Source of the DNA: Dehalococcoidia bacterium | GTDB taxonomy: Bacteria; Chloroflexota; Dehalococcoidia; Lucifugimonadales; VXLM01 | DNA: 64,000 nucleotides | Assembly: GCA_963667105.2 (NCBI GenBank) | Contig: CAXXCN010000003.1 | Location: 747,334 to 811,333, forward strand | Reading direction: 5' to 3' | In this document: positions 19,142 through 27,897 of the stretch, in pieces | Layout: each line of letters opens with the position of its first letter | Numbering within the stretch: the stretch's first letter is position 1 | Made by a program: the position numbers and the translations under genes | Notes under the pieces: model-generated | Databases searched by the model: none | Seen by the model: only the letters and a program-made list of their open reading frames with translations | What the model was told of the DNA's origin: nothing

Positions 19142-20224
19142 ATGACACACTACCAGCTAGAACGCAACTACGGCTGCCGCGTCTCCGACGCTTGGACGTT
19201 CCGGGGACTGAAGACGGCGATCTTGGAGAACGAGCTGCTGCGGATCGTCATTCTCATCGACAAGGGAGCGGACGTGTACGAGTTCGTCCACAAGCCGACC
19301 GATGTCGACTTCATGTACCGCGACCCCCACGGCGTTCGCGATCCGAGGACGTTCACTCCCACCACCGGCGAAAACGTGGGGACGTGGATGGACTTCTACG
19401 AGGGCGGCTGGCAGACGGTGTTCCCGGGAGGCGGTTTCCCCTCCCAGTACCAGGGTGCTGACATGGGCCTCCACGCCGAGGCGAACATGGTCCCCTGGGA
19501 CGCGGCGATCGTCGAGGACACGCCGGAGCGAGTCGCCATCAAGTGCTGGGTGCGAACGGCGCGCACTCCCTACTTCTTCGAGAAGACCCTGGCGCTGAAC
19601 GCCGGTTCCTCCGTGCTCGAAGTGGAGCAGACGCTGACCAACGAGGGCGAGGAGGTCGGCCACTGCGTCTGGGGCGAGCACATCGCTCTTGGCCCCCCGT
19701 TCCTCAGCCCCGACTGCGTGATCGACCTGCCGGGCGGCACGCTAATCAACCACGACGACCAGCACCATCCGAACGCGAAGCTAAAGCTGGGAGCGCGCAC
19801 CCCGTGGCCGATGACCGAGGACCAGCAGGGCAATCCCATCGACGCCAGCAAAATCGAACCGAAGGACGCGCGTCGCTACGATATGTCGTACATCGCGGAC
19901 ATGCCGGAGGGCTGGTACGCCATCACTAACCAAAAGATGGGACTGGGGTTCGGCGTGCATTGGCCCACGGACGTGTACAAGTTCCTGTGGTTCTGGCAGT
20001 CGTTCGGAGGCGGGTACGGCTACCCCTGGTGGGGCCGAACGTATAATGTCGGCCTCGAACCGTTCTCAAGCTGGACGAACCAAGGCATTGCCGACGCCAT
20101 GTCCAACGGCACGGTGATGGTCCTTCAGCCGGGCGAGAAGGTCTCCTCGTCCGTGAGAGTGGTCGCCTACACCGGCTCCGAGCGCGTCAAGCGGATCACC
20201 GAGGACGGCGAGGTGGTGCGGTAA
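19142..20224 (+). CDS. Galactose-mutarotase-like (aldose 1-epimerase / DUF4432-type) protein
   Basis: 361 aa, ATG at 19142. All-beta mutarotase-like pattern (GGWQTVFPGGG ... LHAEA ... GEH). Confidence 0.55.
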   Translation: MTHYQLERNYGCRVSDAWTFRGLKTAILENELLRIVILIDKGADVYEFVHKPTDVDFMYRDPHGVRDPRTFTPTTGENVGTWMDFYEGGWQTVFPGGGFPSQYQGADMGLHAEANMVPWDAAIVEDTPERVAIKCWVRTARTPYFFEKTLALNAGSSVLEVEQTLTNEGEEVGHCVWGEHIALGPPFLSPDCVIDLPGGTLINHDDQHHPNAKLKLGARTPWPMTEDQQGNPIDASKIEPKDARRYDMSYIADMPEGWYAITNQKMGLGFGVHWPTDVYKFLWFWQSFGGGYGYPWWGRTYNVGLEPFSSWTNQGIADAMSNGTVMVLQPGEKVSSSVRVVAYTGSERVKRITEDGEVVR

Positions 20225-20230
20225 TTTCCG

Positions 20231-21361
20231 TCACCACTGGACGAAGATCGGCATTACGACGTGCACGTAGTTGTCGTCGCCGACGGGCTTGATCACGCCC
20301 GGGCTTGACGGGGTCGTCGTCTCCAGAGCGACCTTGCCGGTCTCGAGGACGTTGAGCACGTCCGTGAGGTACTTGCTGCTGAAGGCGATCTTGGCCTCGC
20401 CGCCCTCGATCTCGGCGGCGACCTCGCCCTCGTTCTGACCGACCTCCTCGGACTTTGACTGCACCGTCATCTTGCTTTCTTCTTCATCCACCACGTCCAT
20501 CATGAGGCGGACGATGTTGCTGCCCTCGCGGGCGAAAATCGACGCGGCCCGCGTCGCGCGGATGAACTCCTCGCGGCTGACGGATGCGCGGGTATCGTAC
20601 TTGTCGGGGACGAGCTGCTGATAATTGGGGAAGGTGCCCTGCAGCAGGTTCGCCACGACCTCAATGTTGTTGAGGCGGAAGAGGGCCTGGTTGTTCGAGG
20701 CGGTTACGGTGAACTCTACCGGGTCGGTCTGGCCGCCCGTGAGGCGGGACACCTCGTTCAGGGCGCGGGCGGGAATGATGAAGTCCACGTCCTCCGGCAG
20801 GGGTTCGAGGAGCTTGCCCTTGTAGACGGCAAGCCGGAACCCGTCCGCGGCGGCGAAGGTGAAATCGTCTCCCGATATCTCCACCTTGATGCCGGTAAGC
20901 ACGGGACGGGAGTCCTCGGTTGCGGCGGCTATGGCGACGTGCTTGATCGCGTCGTTCAGCGCGCTAGGATCGATCTTGCCCGCCACGCCGTCCTCGACGG
21001 TTGGCACGGGCGGAAAGTCGCTTGCGGGAGTGCCGTTGATCTGCGCGGAGAAGCGCGCGCACTTCACAGATATGCCGACGGGCTGTTCGGTGTAGTCGAG
21101 GTCGATGCGCTCGGCCGGGAGGGAGTTGACGAACTCGGTCAGAAGTCGCGCCGGAATCGTGACCTCCCCCTCTTCCTCGATCTGCGCGCCGATCCACGTG
21201 CTGATGGCGATCTCCTGGTTGGTTGCCGCCAGCTTGAGCCGCGCGTTGTCGGTCGTGATGAGGACATTCTGCATAACCGGGTAGGTTGTCCGGGCGGCTA
21301 CGGCGCTGCCCACGATCCCAAGTCCGCGGCTGAGGTTTTCTTGCAAGCACGAAAGACGCAT
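20231..21361 (-). CDS. dnaN: DNA polymerase III beta sliding clamp
   Basis: MRLSCLQENLSRGLGIV...MQNVLITTDNARLKLAATNQEIAIS is typical DnaN. ATG at 21361; the longer track ORF is unsupported. Confidence 0.9.
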   Translation of the reverse strand: MRLSCLQENLSRGLGIVGSAVAARTTYPVMQNVLITTDNARLKLAATNQEIAISTWIGAQIEEEGEVTIPARLLTEFVNSLPAERIDLDYTEQPVGISVKCARFSAQINGTPASDFPPVPTVEDGVAGKIDPSALNDAIKHVAIAAATEDSRPVLTGIKVEISGDDFTFAAADGFRLAVYKGKLLEPLPEDVDFIIPARALNEVSRLTGGQTDPVEFTVTASNNQALFRLNNIEVVANLLQGTFPNYQQLVPDKYDTRASVSREEFIRATRAASIFAREGSNIVRLMMDVVDEEESKMTVQSKSEEVGQNEGEVAAEIEGGEAKIAFSSKYLTDVLNVLETGKVALETTTPSSPGVIKPVGDDNYVHVVMPIFVQW

Positions 21362-21533
21362 ATTCCCACGCTCCATTCGATTCTGAAAGTCGTTCGGTAG
21401 TATAGTGCGGCGGGAAGGCTCAGTCAACGGGGAGCGGAGTGAAACGTTTGGCCGCGCGGTTTTTGGTAGTATATGCCGAGCGCGCGGCATGGCAGGCGCG
21501 GCTCCACACTAAACGAATGGGAAGTCCAACACC

Positions 21534-23495
21534 GTGGGATACGTTGAATCTCTGCACGCAAAGGCAATCCAGCTAAGCCGGCTGTCCGTCGAGATGACGG
21601 CGGCGGCGGATTCGGGCCACCCGACGTCGGCATCGAGCTTGGCCCACGTCGTGGCCGCCCTGATGTACGGGCACATGCGCTACGACCCTTCCGACCCGGC
21701 GAGTCCGACGGCGGACCGGCTGGTGCTCTCGGAGGGACACGCCTGCCCCATCGTGTACGCCGCCGGCTCCGAGTTGGGACTTGCGGTGGGAAAAAGCTCC
21801 GAAGATCGTCGCGCGATGACGCTTGAAGACGCGATGCGGCTCCGGGACATCGACAGCGAGATCGACGGGCATCCAAATCCGGCGGAGGGGTTTCCGTTCT
21901 TCCCGGCGGCGACGGGGTCGCTGGGACAGGGCCTCTCCATCGCTGCGGGACTTGCGGCGGCGGCGCGGCTGGACGGCTCGGACAAGCGCGTATTTTGCAT
22001 CATCGGTGACGGCGAGAGCCGCGAAGGGCAGGTGTGGGAGGCGATAGATTTCATCGTCGACTACGGACTGAACGCCGTGTGCCCAATCTTCAACTGCAAC
22101 GGGTACGGGCAGTCCGACCCGGTGAGTCGGCAGCAGTCACCTGAGGTCATCACGGCCAAGCTGCGCGGAGCGGGGTTCGATGTATCGGTGATCGACGGGC
22201 ACGACCCCGTTGCCGTTCGTGACGCCCTCTTGGAACACGCTCGTCATGCCGACGATGCCGATGCAAGGCCGTTCGCCATCGTTGCCGAGACGGTCAAGGG
22301 CTGGGGATTCGTGAAGGCTGCCGGCGAGGGACTGCACGGCAAGCCCCTGACCGGCGACGACGAGGCGGCCGCTCTGAAAGAACTGGAAGAGACGGCGGCG
22401 GCACTTGGAGTTGCGGGTACGAACGGCGACCTCAAGGTCGGCCCGGCTCCTGCGACCGCGTCACCCTCTGCCGAATGCGAGTCCCCCCCGGGATTCGCCG
22501 AAGCCATGAACGTCTACGGACAAGCCGACGCGCTAAGGGACAAAAAATTTGCGCCGAGGAAGGGCTACGGAATCGCGCTGCGGGCACTCGGCCACACGAA
22601 CCCCGACATCGTGGCCCTCGACGGTGACGTGAAGAACTCCACCTTCGCCGAGTACTTTTCGCAGGACCCCGACCTTGCACACCGCTTCTTCGAGTGCCGC
22701 ATAGCGGAGCAGCACCTCATATCGTGCGCGGCGGGAATGGCGTCTGGAGGAAAAATACCGTTCGCGTCGAGCTTCGGGAAGTTCGTCGCGCGCGGCTACG
22801 ACCAGTTCGAGATGGCGTTCATCAGCAGGCTGAACCTCAAGGTCGTCGGCTCGCACGTCGGCGTGAACATCGCGGCGGACGGACCGAGCCAGATGGCCCT
22901 CGCCGACGTGGCGTTCTTCCGTTCCATGGCGAAAGTGCAGGCCGACGCGGGCGGCCCGGCCCTATACATCCTCAATCCGTCCGACGCGGTCTCGGCCTAC
23001 GCCCTGACCGTGCGGATGGCGGAGCATCAAGGGGCCTGTTACCTCCGCGCAGCGAGACCCGACACGCCGTTCCTCTACGACCTCGACGCCGACTTCACGC
23101 TCGGAGGTCACGGCGTCCTCGCCGAAGGTTGCGACGTCCTCATAGCAGCCTCAGGATACGCCGTACACGAAGCGCTCAAAGCATTGGCGGCCCTGTCGGA
23201 GGAAGGCATCGAGGCCGCGCTCATAGACCTCTACTCCCTCCCGTTCGACGGGGAGGCCATCGCCAACGCCGCCCAAACCAGCGGCGGCAGAGTCGTAACC
23301 ATAGAGGACAACTACGGTGCAGGCTTCGGCTCCGAAGTCGTCGAAGCCCTCATGCAGCACGGCGGCAACTTCAAGGTCAAGCAGATGTACGTCAAGCGCA
23401 TCCCCAAGTCCGGCCGCTCAGCCGACGACCTGATGAGGTACGTCGGGCTGTCGACGGGGGATATTGTGGGGGTGGTGCGGGGGTTGGTGGGGTGA
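21534..23495 (+). CDS. tkt: Transketolase (single-polypeptide form)
   Basis: GHPTSA and GDGE thiamine-diphosphate (TPP) motifs with pyrimidine-binding and C-terminal domains. GTG start at 21534. Confidence 0.88.
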   Translation: MGYVESLHAKAIQLSRLSVEMTAAADSGHPTSASSLAHVVAALMYGHMRYDPSDPASPTADRLVLSEGHACPIVYAAGSELGLAVGKSSEDRRAMTLEDAMRLRDIDSEIDGHPNPAEGFPFFPAATGSLGQGLSIAAGLAAAARLDGSDKRVFCIIGDGESREGQVWEAIDFIVDYGLNAVCPIFNCNGYGQSDPVSRQQSPEVITAKLRGAGFDVSVIDGHDPVAVRDALLEHARHADDADARPFAIVAETVKGWGFVKAAGEGLHGKPLTGDDEAAALKELEETAAALGVAGTNGDLKVGPAPATASPSAECESPPGFAEAMNVYGQADALRDKKFAPRKGYGIALRALGHTNPDIVALDGDVKNSTFAEYFSQDPDLAHRFFECRIAEQHLISCAAGMASGGKIPFASSFGKFVARGYDQFEMAFISRLNLKVVGSHVGVNIAADGPSQMALADVAFFRSMAKVQADAGGPALYILNPSDAVSAYALTVRMAEHQGACYLRAARPDTPFLYDLDADFTLGGHGVLAEGCDVLIAASGYAVHEALKALAALSEEGIEAALIDLYSLPFDGEAIANAAQTSGGRVVTIEDNYGAGFGSEVVEALMQHGGNFKVKQMYVKRIPKSGRSADDLMRYVGLSTGDIVGVVRGLVG

Positions 23496-23569
23496 GGGGG
23501 TCTCTCAGTCCGTTGCCATCGCATCCTTTCTTCTGAAAGAAGGTCTCGAAGTTTGCCAGTCCTACGACA

Positions 23570-24193
23570 ATGACTTACTACTTAAACTCATATCGCCCCC
23601 TAGTATTTAGTCGCCGTGGGAAGTCTGCCATAAAGGAGTATGGTATTCCGCCCTACGTGGACGACTCAATTCGCAGAGAGCCCGACTTCCAATCACAGTT
23701 CCCATCGATCAGTGCAATTTGCCGAGGAGTCTTATTTGCTCCACGGCTTGAAGAATCGGATACGGTTGTTTACATAACCGTCAAGGGTAACTATCCAGGT
23801 CGCGTTGGTAGACATTGGCGGATGACCGCCATTCTGAAGGTCATTAGGCGATTCGAGTCGCATCGCCAAGCAGCCAAGTGGTACGAGAAGAAAGGGGTTG
23901 ATCTTCCAAGCAATTGTATGGTTCCAGAAAATCATCCACTGAATCTCGACCGAACCAGCAATCGAGATAACTGGCCAACGGTTCAGCGTTGGGACGCTGT
24001 TTATCGTATGCGCACTAACAAGACTCCAGTCTTCCTCGCGTGTGAGGCGTTATTTCTAGAACTTGACGATCCCCCCGTTGTGACTGAGGAACTTTTCTAC
24101 GACGTCTTCGCGAAGATTCCGGCGACAAGAAACCCACCTGAAATCAGTAAGGAGGAATTCGAGAAACTCACTATGAGGGTGGGTGTTTCATAA
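23570..24193 (+). CDS. Hypothetical protein (orphan, AT-richer than its surroundings)
   Basis: 207-aa ORF with normal amino-acid composition in a visibly lower-GC segment. No obvious Shine-Dalgarno (SD) sequence and no domain I can assign. Confidence 0.45.
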   Translation: MTYYLNSYRPLVFSRRGKSAIKEYGIPPYVDDSIRREPDFQSQFPSISAICRGVLFAPRLEESDTVVYITVKGNYPGRVGRHWRMTAILKVIRRFESHRQAAKWYEKKGVDLPSNCMVPENHPLNLDRTSNRDNWPTVQRWDAVYRMRTNKTPVFLACEALFLELDDPPVVTEELFYDVFAKIPATRNPPEISKEEFEKLTMRVGVS

Positions 24194-24329
24194 TGCGCAA
24201 GCTGATAGTCGCGAACTACAGGGTGGGCAATAAGCCTGAGCGTCCTCGCCTTACCCCTACGTCAGCATCGGTGACCATGGCGGCGGCGCGGCGTGTTGAC
24301 GCAGTGTAGCCAATAGGCTACGATATGAC

Positions 24330-24668
24330 ATGATACGGATCGTCCAATATGTGGCGCGTGACGGCAAGGATCGCTTCGGTGAGTGGGTGCGTGCCCAGCC
24401 GTCCCCAGTCCGCACCCACGTCCAGGCCCGGATCAACCGTATCAGGATGGGGAATTTCGGCGATCACAGGGGACTCGGCCAAGGCGTATCCGAGCTACGG
24501 ATACATTCCGGCCCCGGATATCGTGTGTATTATGGTCGGGACGGCAACGACCTCGTGATCTTATTGGTGGGCGGGACGAAGAGACGACAAGCCGGAGACA
24601 TCGCGCAGGCCCAAGCTCTCTGGCGAGAATACAAGCAGGAGAGGCAAGATGCCGATAGTAGAGTATGA
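24330..24668 (+). CDS. RelE/ParE-superfamily addiction-module killer protein (HigB-like toxin)
   Basis: FGEWV...RINRIRMGNFGDHRGLGQGVSELRIHSGPGYRVYY matches the addiction-module killer family pattern. Confidence 0.8.
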   Translation: MIRIVQYVARDGKDRFGEWVRAQPSPVRTHVQARINRIRMGNFGDHRGLGQGVSELRIHSGPGYRVYYGRDGNDLVILLVGGTKRRQAGDIAQAQALWREYKQERQDADSRV

Positions 24669-24939
24669 CGCAAGCGAATATCTTGAGACGCCTGAGGACA
24701 TCGCCGGATATCTCAATGCGGTATTGGAGGAGATGGACGAGGACGACGACCCTCGATTGCTCATGATGGCGCTCCGCGACGTCGTCAAGGCGCGCGGCGG
24801 CGTCTCCGCGCTGGCGAGGGAGGCGGGCCTGAATCGCGTGGCGCTCTCACGGGCGCTGTCCGGCCAGCGAGTCCCCCGGCTGGATACGTTCGCCAAGCTC
24901 TCCACCGCCTGCGGTGTCAAGCTCCGCTTTTCGGCGTAG
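24649..24939 (+). CDS. Addiction-module antidote protein (HigA-family HTH antitoxin)
   Basis: YDASEYLETPEDIAGYLNAVLEE... followed by an HTH (ALAREAGLNRVALSRALSG). It overlaps the toxin gene by 20 nt. Confidence 0.8.
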   Translation: MPIVEYDASEYLETPEDIAGYLNAVLEEMDEDDDPRLLMMALRDVVKARGGVSALAREAGLNRVALSRALSGQRVPRLDTFAKLSTACGVKLRFSA

Positions 24940-24953
24940 GGGTTCACTCTCCC

Positions 24954-26126
24954 CTACGTCAACATCGGCGACCACGGCTTCAACTGTGTTGCGAACATGG
25001 CGTCCGCCCGTCGGAGCGCTCCCGTCGCGTGTTCCTCTACGCGGCCGGCGTGGGCTAGGGGCGTGAACGGGAAGCCTCCAAGGTAAGGGACGGCAAGGTC
25101 GTCTACGGAGAGAACGAGGTCGGGCGACTTTGTGGTCGGCCTGCACGTCGCGCCGGACGGCCCGCCCGTTAGGTGGTAGGTTCCATCGTTCCACGGACAG
25201 AACCGGTCGCGGACCTCGAAGACTATCTCGCCGTCTATGGCGTAGGTCCTGGAGGACAGAGCCTTCGGGACGTCGACGAGGCGGAGCCACGTTCGGTCGC
25301 GGGGCTTGCGTTCCAGTGCCCTGGCGTCGTGGAGCATCCAGACGAGTGGTTCATCCGTGGGCCTGTCCCAAGCCTCGATGGTCTTGACGAGATCGACGCC
25401 GAAGCAGTAGCTCCACAGGGCCGTGTACGCGGCATCGCTGCGGGCCATGAGCTGACGCACGAAGACCACCTGGTCTTTGATCTGGTAGATGGCGTAGCCC
25501 TCCACGTCGCTCTCCCGGTATTCCACGTAGTAATTGCGTTTCTTGTCGTCGAAGACATCGCGCCACCAGGGTTTCAATGGCTTAACGATACCCGCGCGAC
25601 CGCCCGTCGATCTCCAATAGATCTCGGGAAACACGTCACGAGCGCCATCCGTTGTCAGCATCTTGAGCGAGCCTTCCCACGCGTACTCATGGCGGAATCC
25701 GGTCTTGTGACGATCGATCTTCCATTCGTCGTGCTCGCCGGCGATGCCATATCCGAAGCGTCCGTAGATCGGGGCCTCGGATGCGTCAAGCGCCGACAGG
25801 GACAGGCCGCGCTCGTGGGCCGCAGTTAGTTGACGCTTCATCATCTCCGTGAGGAGGCCGCGCCTGCGGTGTGAGGGCAGGACGGTCACGCCGCCGATGG
25901 AGGCGATCGTCACGATTCCGCCGGGGACGGTCATTTCGAGCGGGAACCGCTCCGTGACTCCGACGGGATCGGAGCCGTCGAACGCGCCGATATACTCTCC
26001 CCACTCGAACCACTCCAGGGCGATGGGCATCCGCGACTCGTCAAGCTGGTTGTGAAAGGCCCACGACTGGGTCCGCGTGACAGCCTTCAGATCGTCTTTG
26101 GTTATCGGACGGTATTCGATGGGCAT
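24954..26126 (-). CDS. Eis-like GNAT acetyltransferase with a sterol-carrier (SCP2)-like C-terminal domain
   Basis: 390 aa. GNAT core (VTVLPSHRRRGLLTEMM) with an Eis-type three-domain length. Confidence 0.75.
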   Translation of the reverse strand: MPIEYRPITKDDLKAVTRTQSWAFHNQLDESRMPIALEWFEWGEYIGAFDGSDPVGVTERFPLEMTVPGGIVTIASIGGVTVLPSHRRRGLLTEMMKRQLTAAHERGLSLSALDASEAPIYGRFGYGIAGEHDEWKIDRHKTGFRHEYAWEGSLKMLTTDGARDVFPEIYWRSTGGRAGIVKPLKPWWRDVFDDKKRNYYVEYRESDVEGYAIYQIKDQVVFVRQLMARSDAAYTALWSYCFGVDLVKTIEAWDRPTDEPLVWMLHDARALERKPRDRTWLRLVDVPKALSSRTYAIDGEIVFEVRDRFCPWNDGTYHLTGGPSGATCRPTTKSPDLVLSVDDLAVPYLGGFPFTPLAHAGRVEEHATGALRRADAMFATQLKPWSPMLT

Positions 26127-26232
26127 TCGCGGCCTTTCGGTCTCGCGTGTTTCATTTCAACGGATGCTCTACTACAATGCGATGCACCTCAGCACAGTAT
26201 ACCAAGCGCCAACACGGAAGGGAACAAAAACT

Positions 26233-27831
26233 ATGCCAAAACCACCGCAATATGGACTGATATACAACTGGGACGGGAACCCGCACGGGTACTCGGAGCA
26301 TCCGCAGACGATGGAGCAGTTCCTCGACAAGGTGTACGGGCCGATGGAGGACACGCAGGTCGGGGCGCACTTCTGGTGTGTGGGAGAGCACGCAGCCCGG
26401 TGGGAGAGCGACGTGTTGGAGACCGTCGGGGACGTACACGGGCGGGTGTACGAGAGCGCACAGTCGTACACGTTCCACGAGAACGTCAGGAGCATGATCG
26501 CGCGTGGAGAGGACCCTCAGGCGGAGATCATCACGCGCGGCCACGAGCTTGGCATGGAGGTCTACGCCTCCGTGCGGATGAACGACAACCACTTCGGAGG
26601 AGCGCAGCCGTCCGACCTCGCCACGATGCGGCATACCGAGCTTACGCGCATGAGGATCGAACATCCCGAATGGGTGCTGGGCGACAAGACGACGCCGTGG
26701 TTCGCGGTGTCCTGGAACCTCGAACATTCGGAGGTGAGGGAAAACCGCTTCCGGCACTGCGAGGAGGTGGCGCGACGCTGGGAGTGGGACGGCATCGAGC
26801 TCGACTGGCAGCGACACGGTTTCCACCTGCCGGACGACTACGGCTACCGGCTGCGTTACGTCATCACGGACGTTCAGCGGGCGGTGCGGCAGGTGACGAA
26901 CGAACTGGCGGAGCAGCGCGGCAGGCCGTACTACCTCGCGGCGCGGGTATCGGGCACGCCGGAGATGTCGTATCGCATCGGCTACGACGTGGAGACGTGG
27001 ATCGCGGACGGGCTGGTCGACATCCTCATCCCGGCGGGAGGGGCCCACACCGACCCGCTGATCGCCGTCGAGCAGTACCTCGCCATGTGCGAGGGAACGG
27101 ACGTCGCGGTGTACCCCGGCTTCGACGCGCGCGTGGACGGGTGGGACTGGACGGGGTTCGTGGGGCCGGAGAATCCCCTGCTCAAGGACCAGTTGCGCAC
27201 ACGCGCCGTGGCGAGCCAGTGGCACGCGGCGGGGTCGGACGGCATCTATCTCTTCAACTGGCACGCCAACCGTGACTCCCGCAGGGGTCTGATGAACCAG
27301 ATCGGCTCAGTGGACACGCTGGCGGGTACCGACAAGGTATTCGCCGCCGCGCACCGGTACAAAGACGCATTCGGCACGGTCGGGCAGTCGTGGGCGGGAG
27401 CGTTCGACAACGACCGCCTGTGGGGACAAATCCCGGTGCCGCTCAAACCGACCATGACCGGCGAAGGCCCGACGATCACCATCGAGCAGGCCGATGACCT
27501 GGAGGCGAACACCCCGGCGGACGTGAAGCTTCGACTGTTCCTCAACGAGTGGGTGGTCGGCGACGTCGTAAAGGTCTATTGGGACGGAGAGGAGCGCTCC
27601 GACGTGCGGCAGGAGTACCACCTGGCCGAGGACACCGCGGGCAATCCGATGGACGCTCAGATCCACGATGTCGGCAACGCATCGTGGTTCCTGCTCGACC
27701 TTGACCCCGAAGAGGCGGCCAAGGGCAAGCACACAGTCAAGGTCGTCCTCGAACACCGGAACCCGCAGGTCGCCAGCGACATCGTGCTGACGAACGTGGA
27801 GCTGGCGGTCACGTACGAGTCGGAGGAGTAG
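26233..27831 (+). CDS. Hypothetical TIM-barrel glycoside-hydrolase-like protein
   Basis: ATG at 26233 with GGAAGGGA upstream. Clear paralogue of 43000-44646 (shared ...GME.. / DGIELDW vs DGMEIDF / GRPxxLAARV / DVETW blocks). Confidence 0.6.
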   Translation: MPKPPQYGLIYNWDGNPHGYSEHPQTMEQFLDKVYGPMEDTQVGAHFWCVGEHAARWESDVLETVGDVHGRVYESAQSYTFHENVRSMIARGEDPQAEIITRGHELGMEVYASVRMNDNHFGGAQPSDLATMRHTELTRMRIEHPEWVLGDKTTPWFAVSWNLEHSEVRENRFRHCEEVARRWEWDGIELDWQRHGFHLPDDYGYRLRYVITDVQRAVRQVTNELAEQRGRPYYLAARVSGTPEMSYRIGYDVETWIADGLVDILIPAGGAHTDPLIAVEQYLAMCEGTDVAVYPGFDARVDGWDWTGFVGPENPLLKDQLRTRAVASQWHAAGSDGIYLFNWHANRDSRRGLMNQIGSVDTLAGTDKVFAAAHRYKDAFGTVGQSWAGAFDNDRLWGQIPVPLKPTMTGEGPTITIEQADDLEANTPADVKLRLFLNEWVVGDVVKVYWDGEERSDVRQEYHLAEDTAGNPMDAQIHDVGNASWFLLDLDPEEAAKGKHTVKVVLEHRNPQVASDIVLTNVELAVTYESEE

Positions 27832-27897
27832 CCGCTAGCTTGAGGCCAACTTCGTTGGTGGAGATCTGCTCTTCGACAGGCTTTCGAGTAACTACAT

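Noticed and set aside
20231-21533. A replication origin next to dnaN.
   Set aside because: No dnaA gene and no visible cluster of DnaA-box-like 9-mers. It cannot be supported without genome-wide GC skew.
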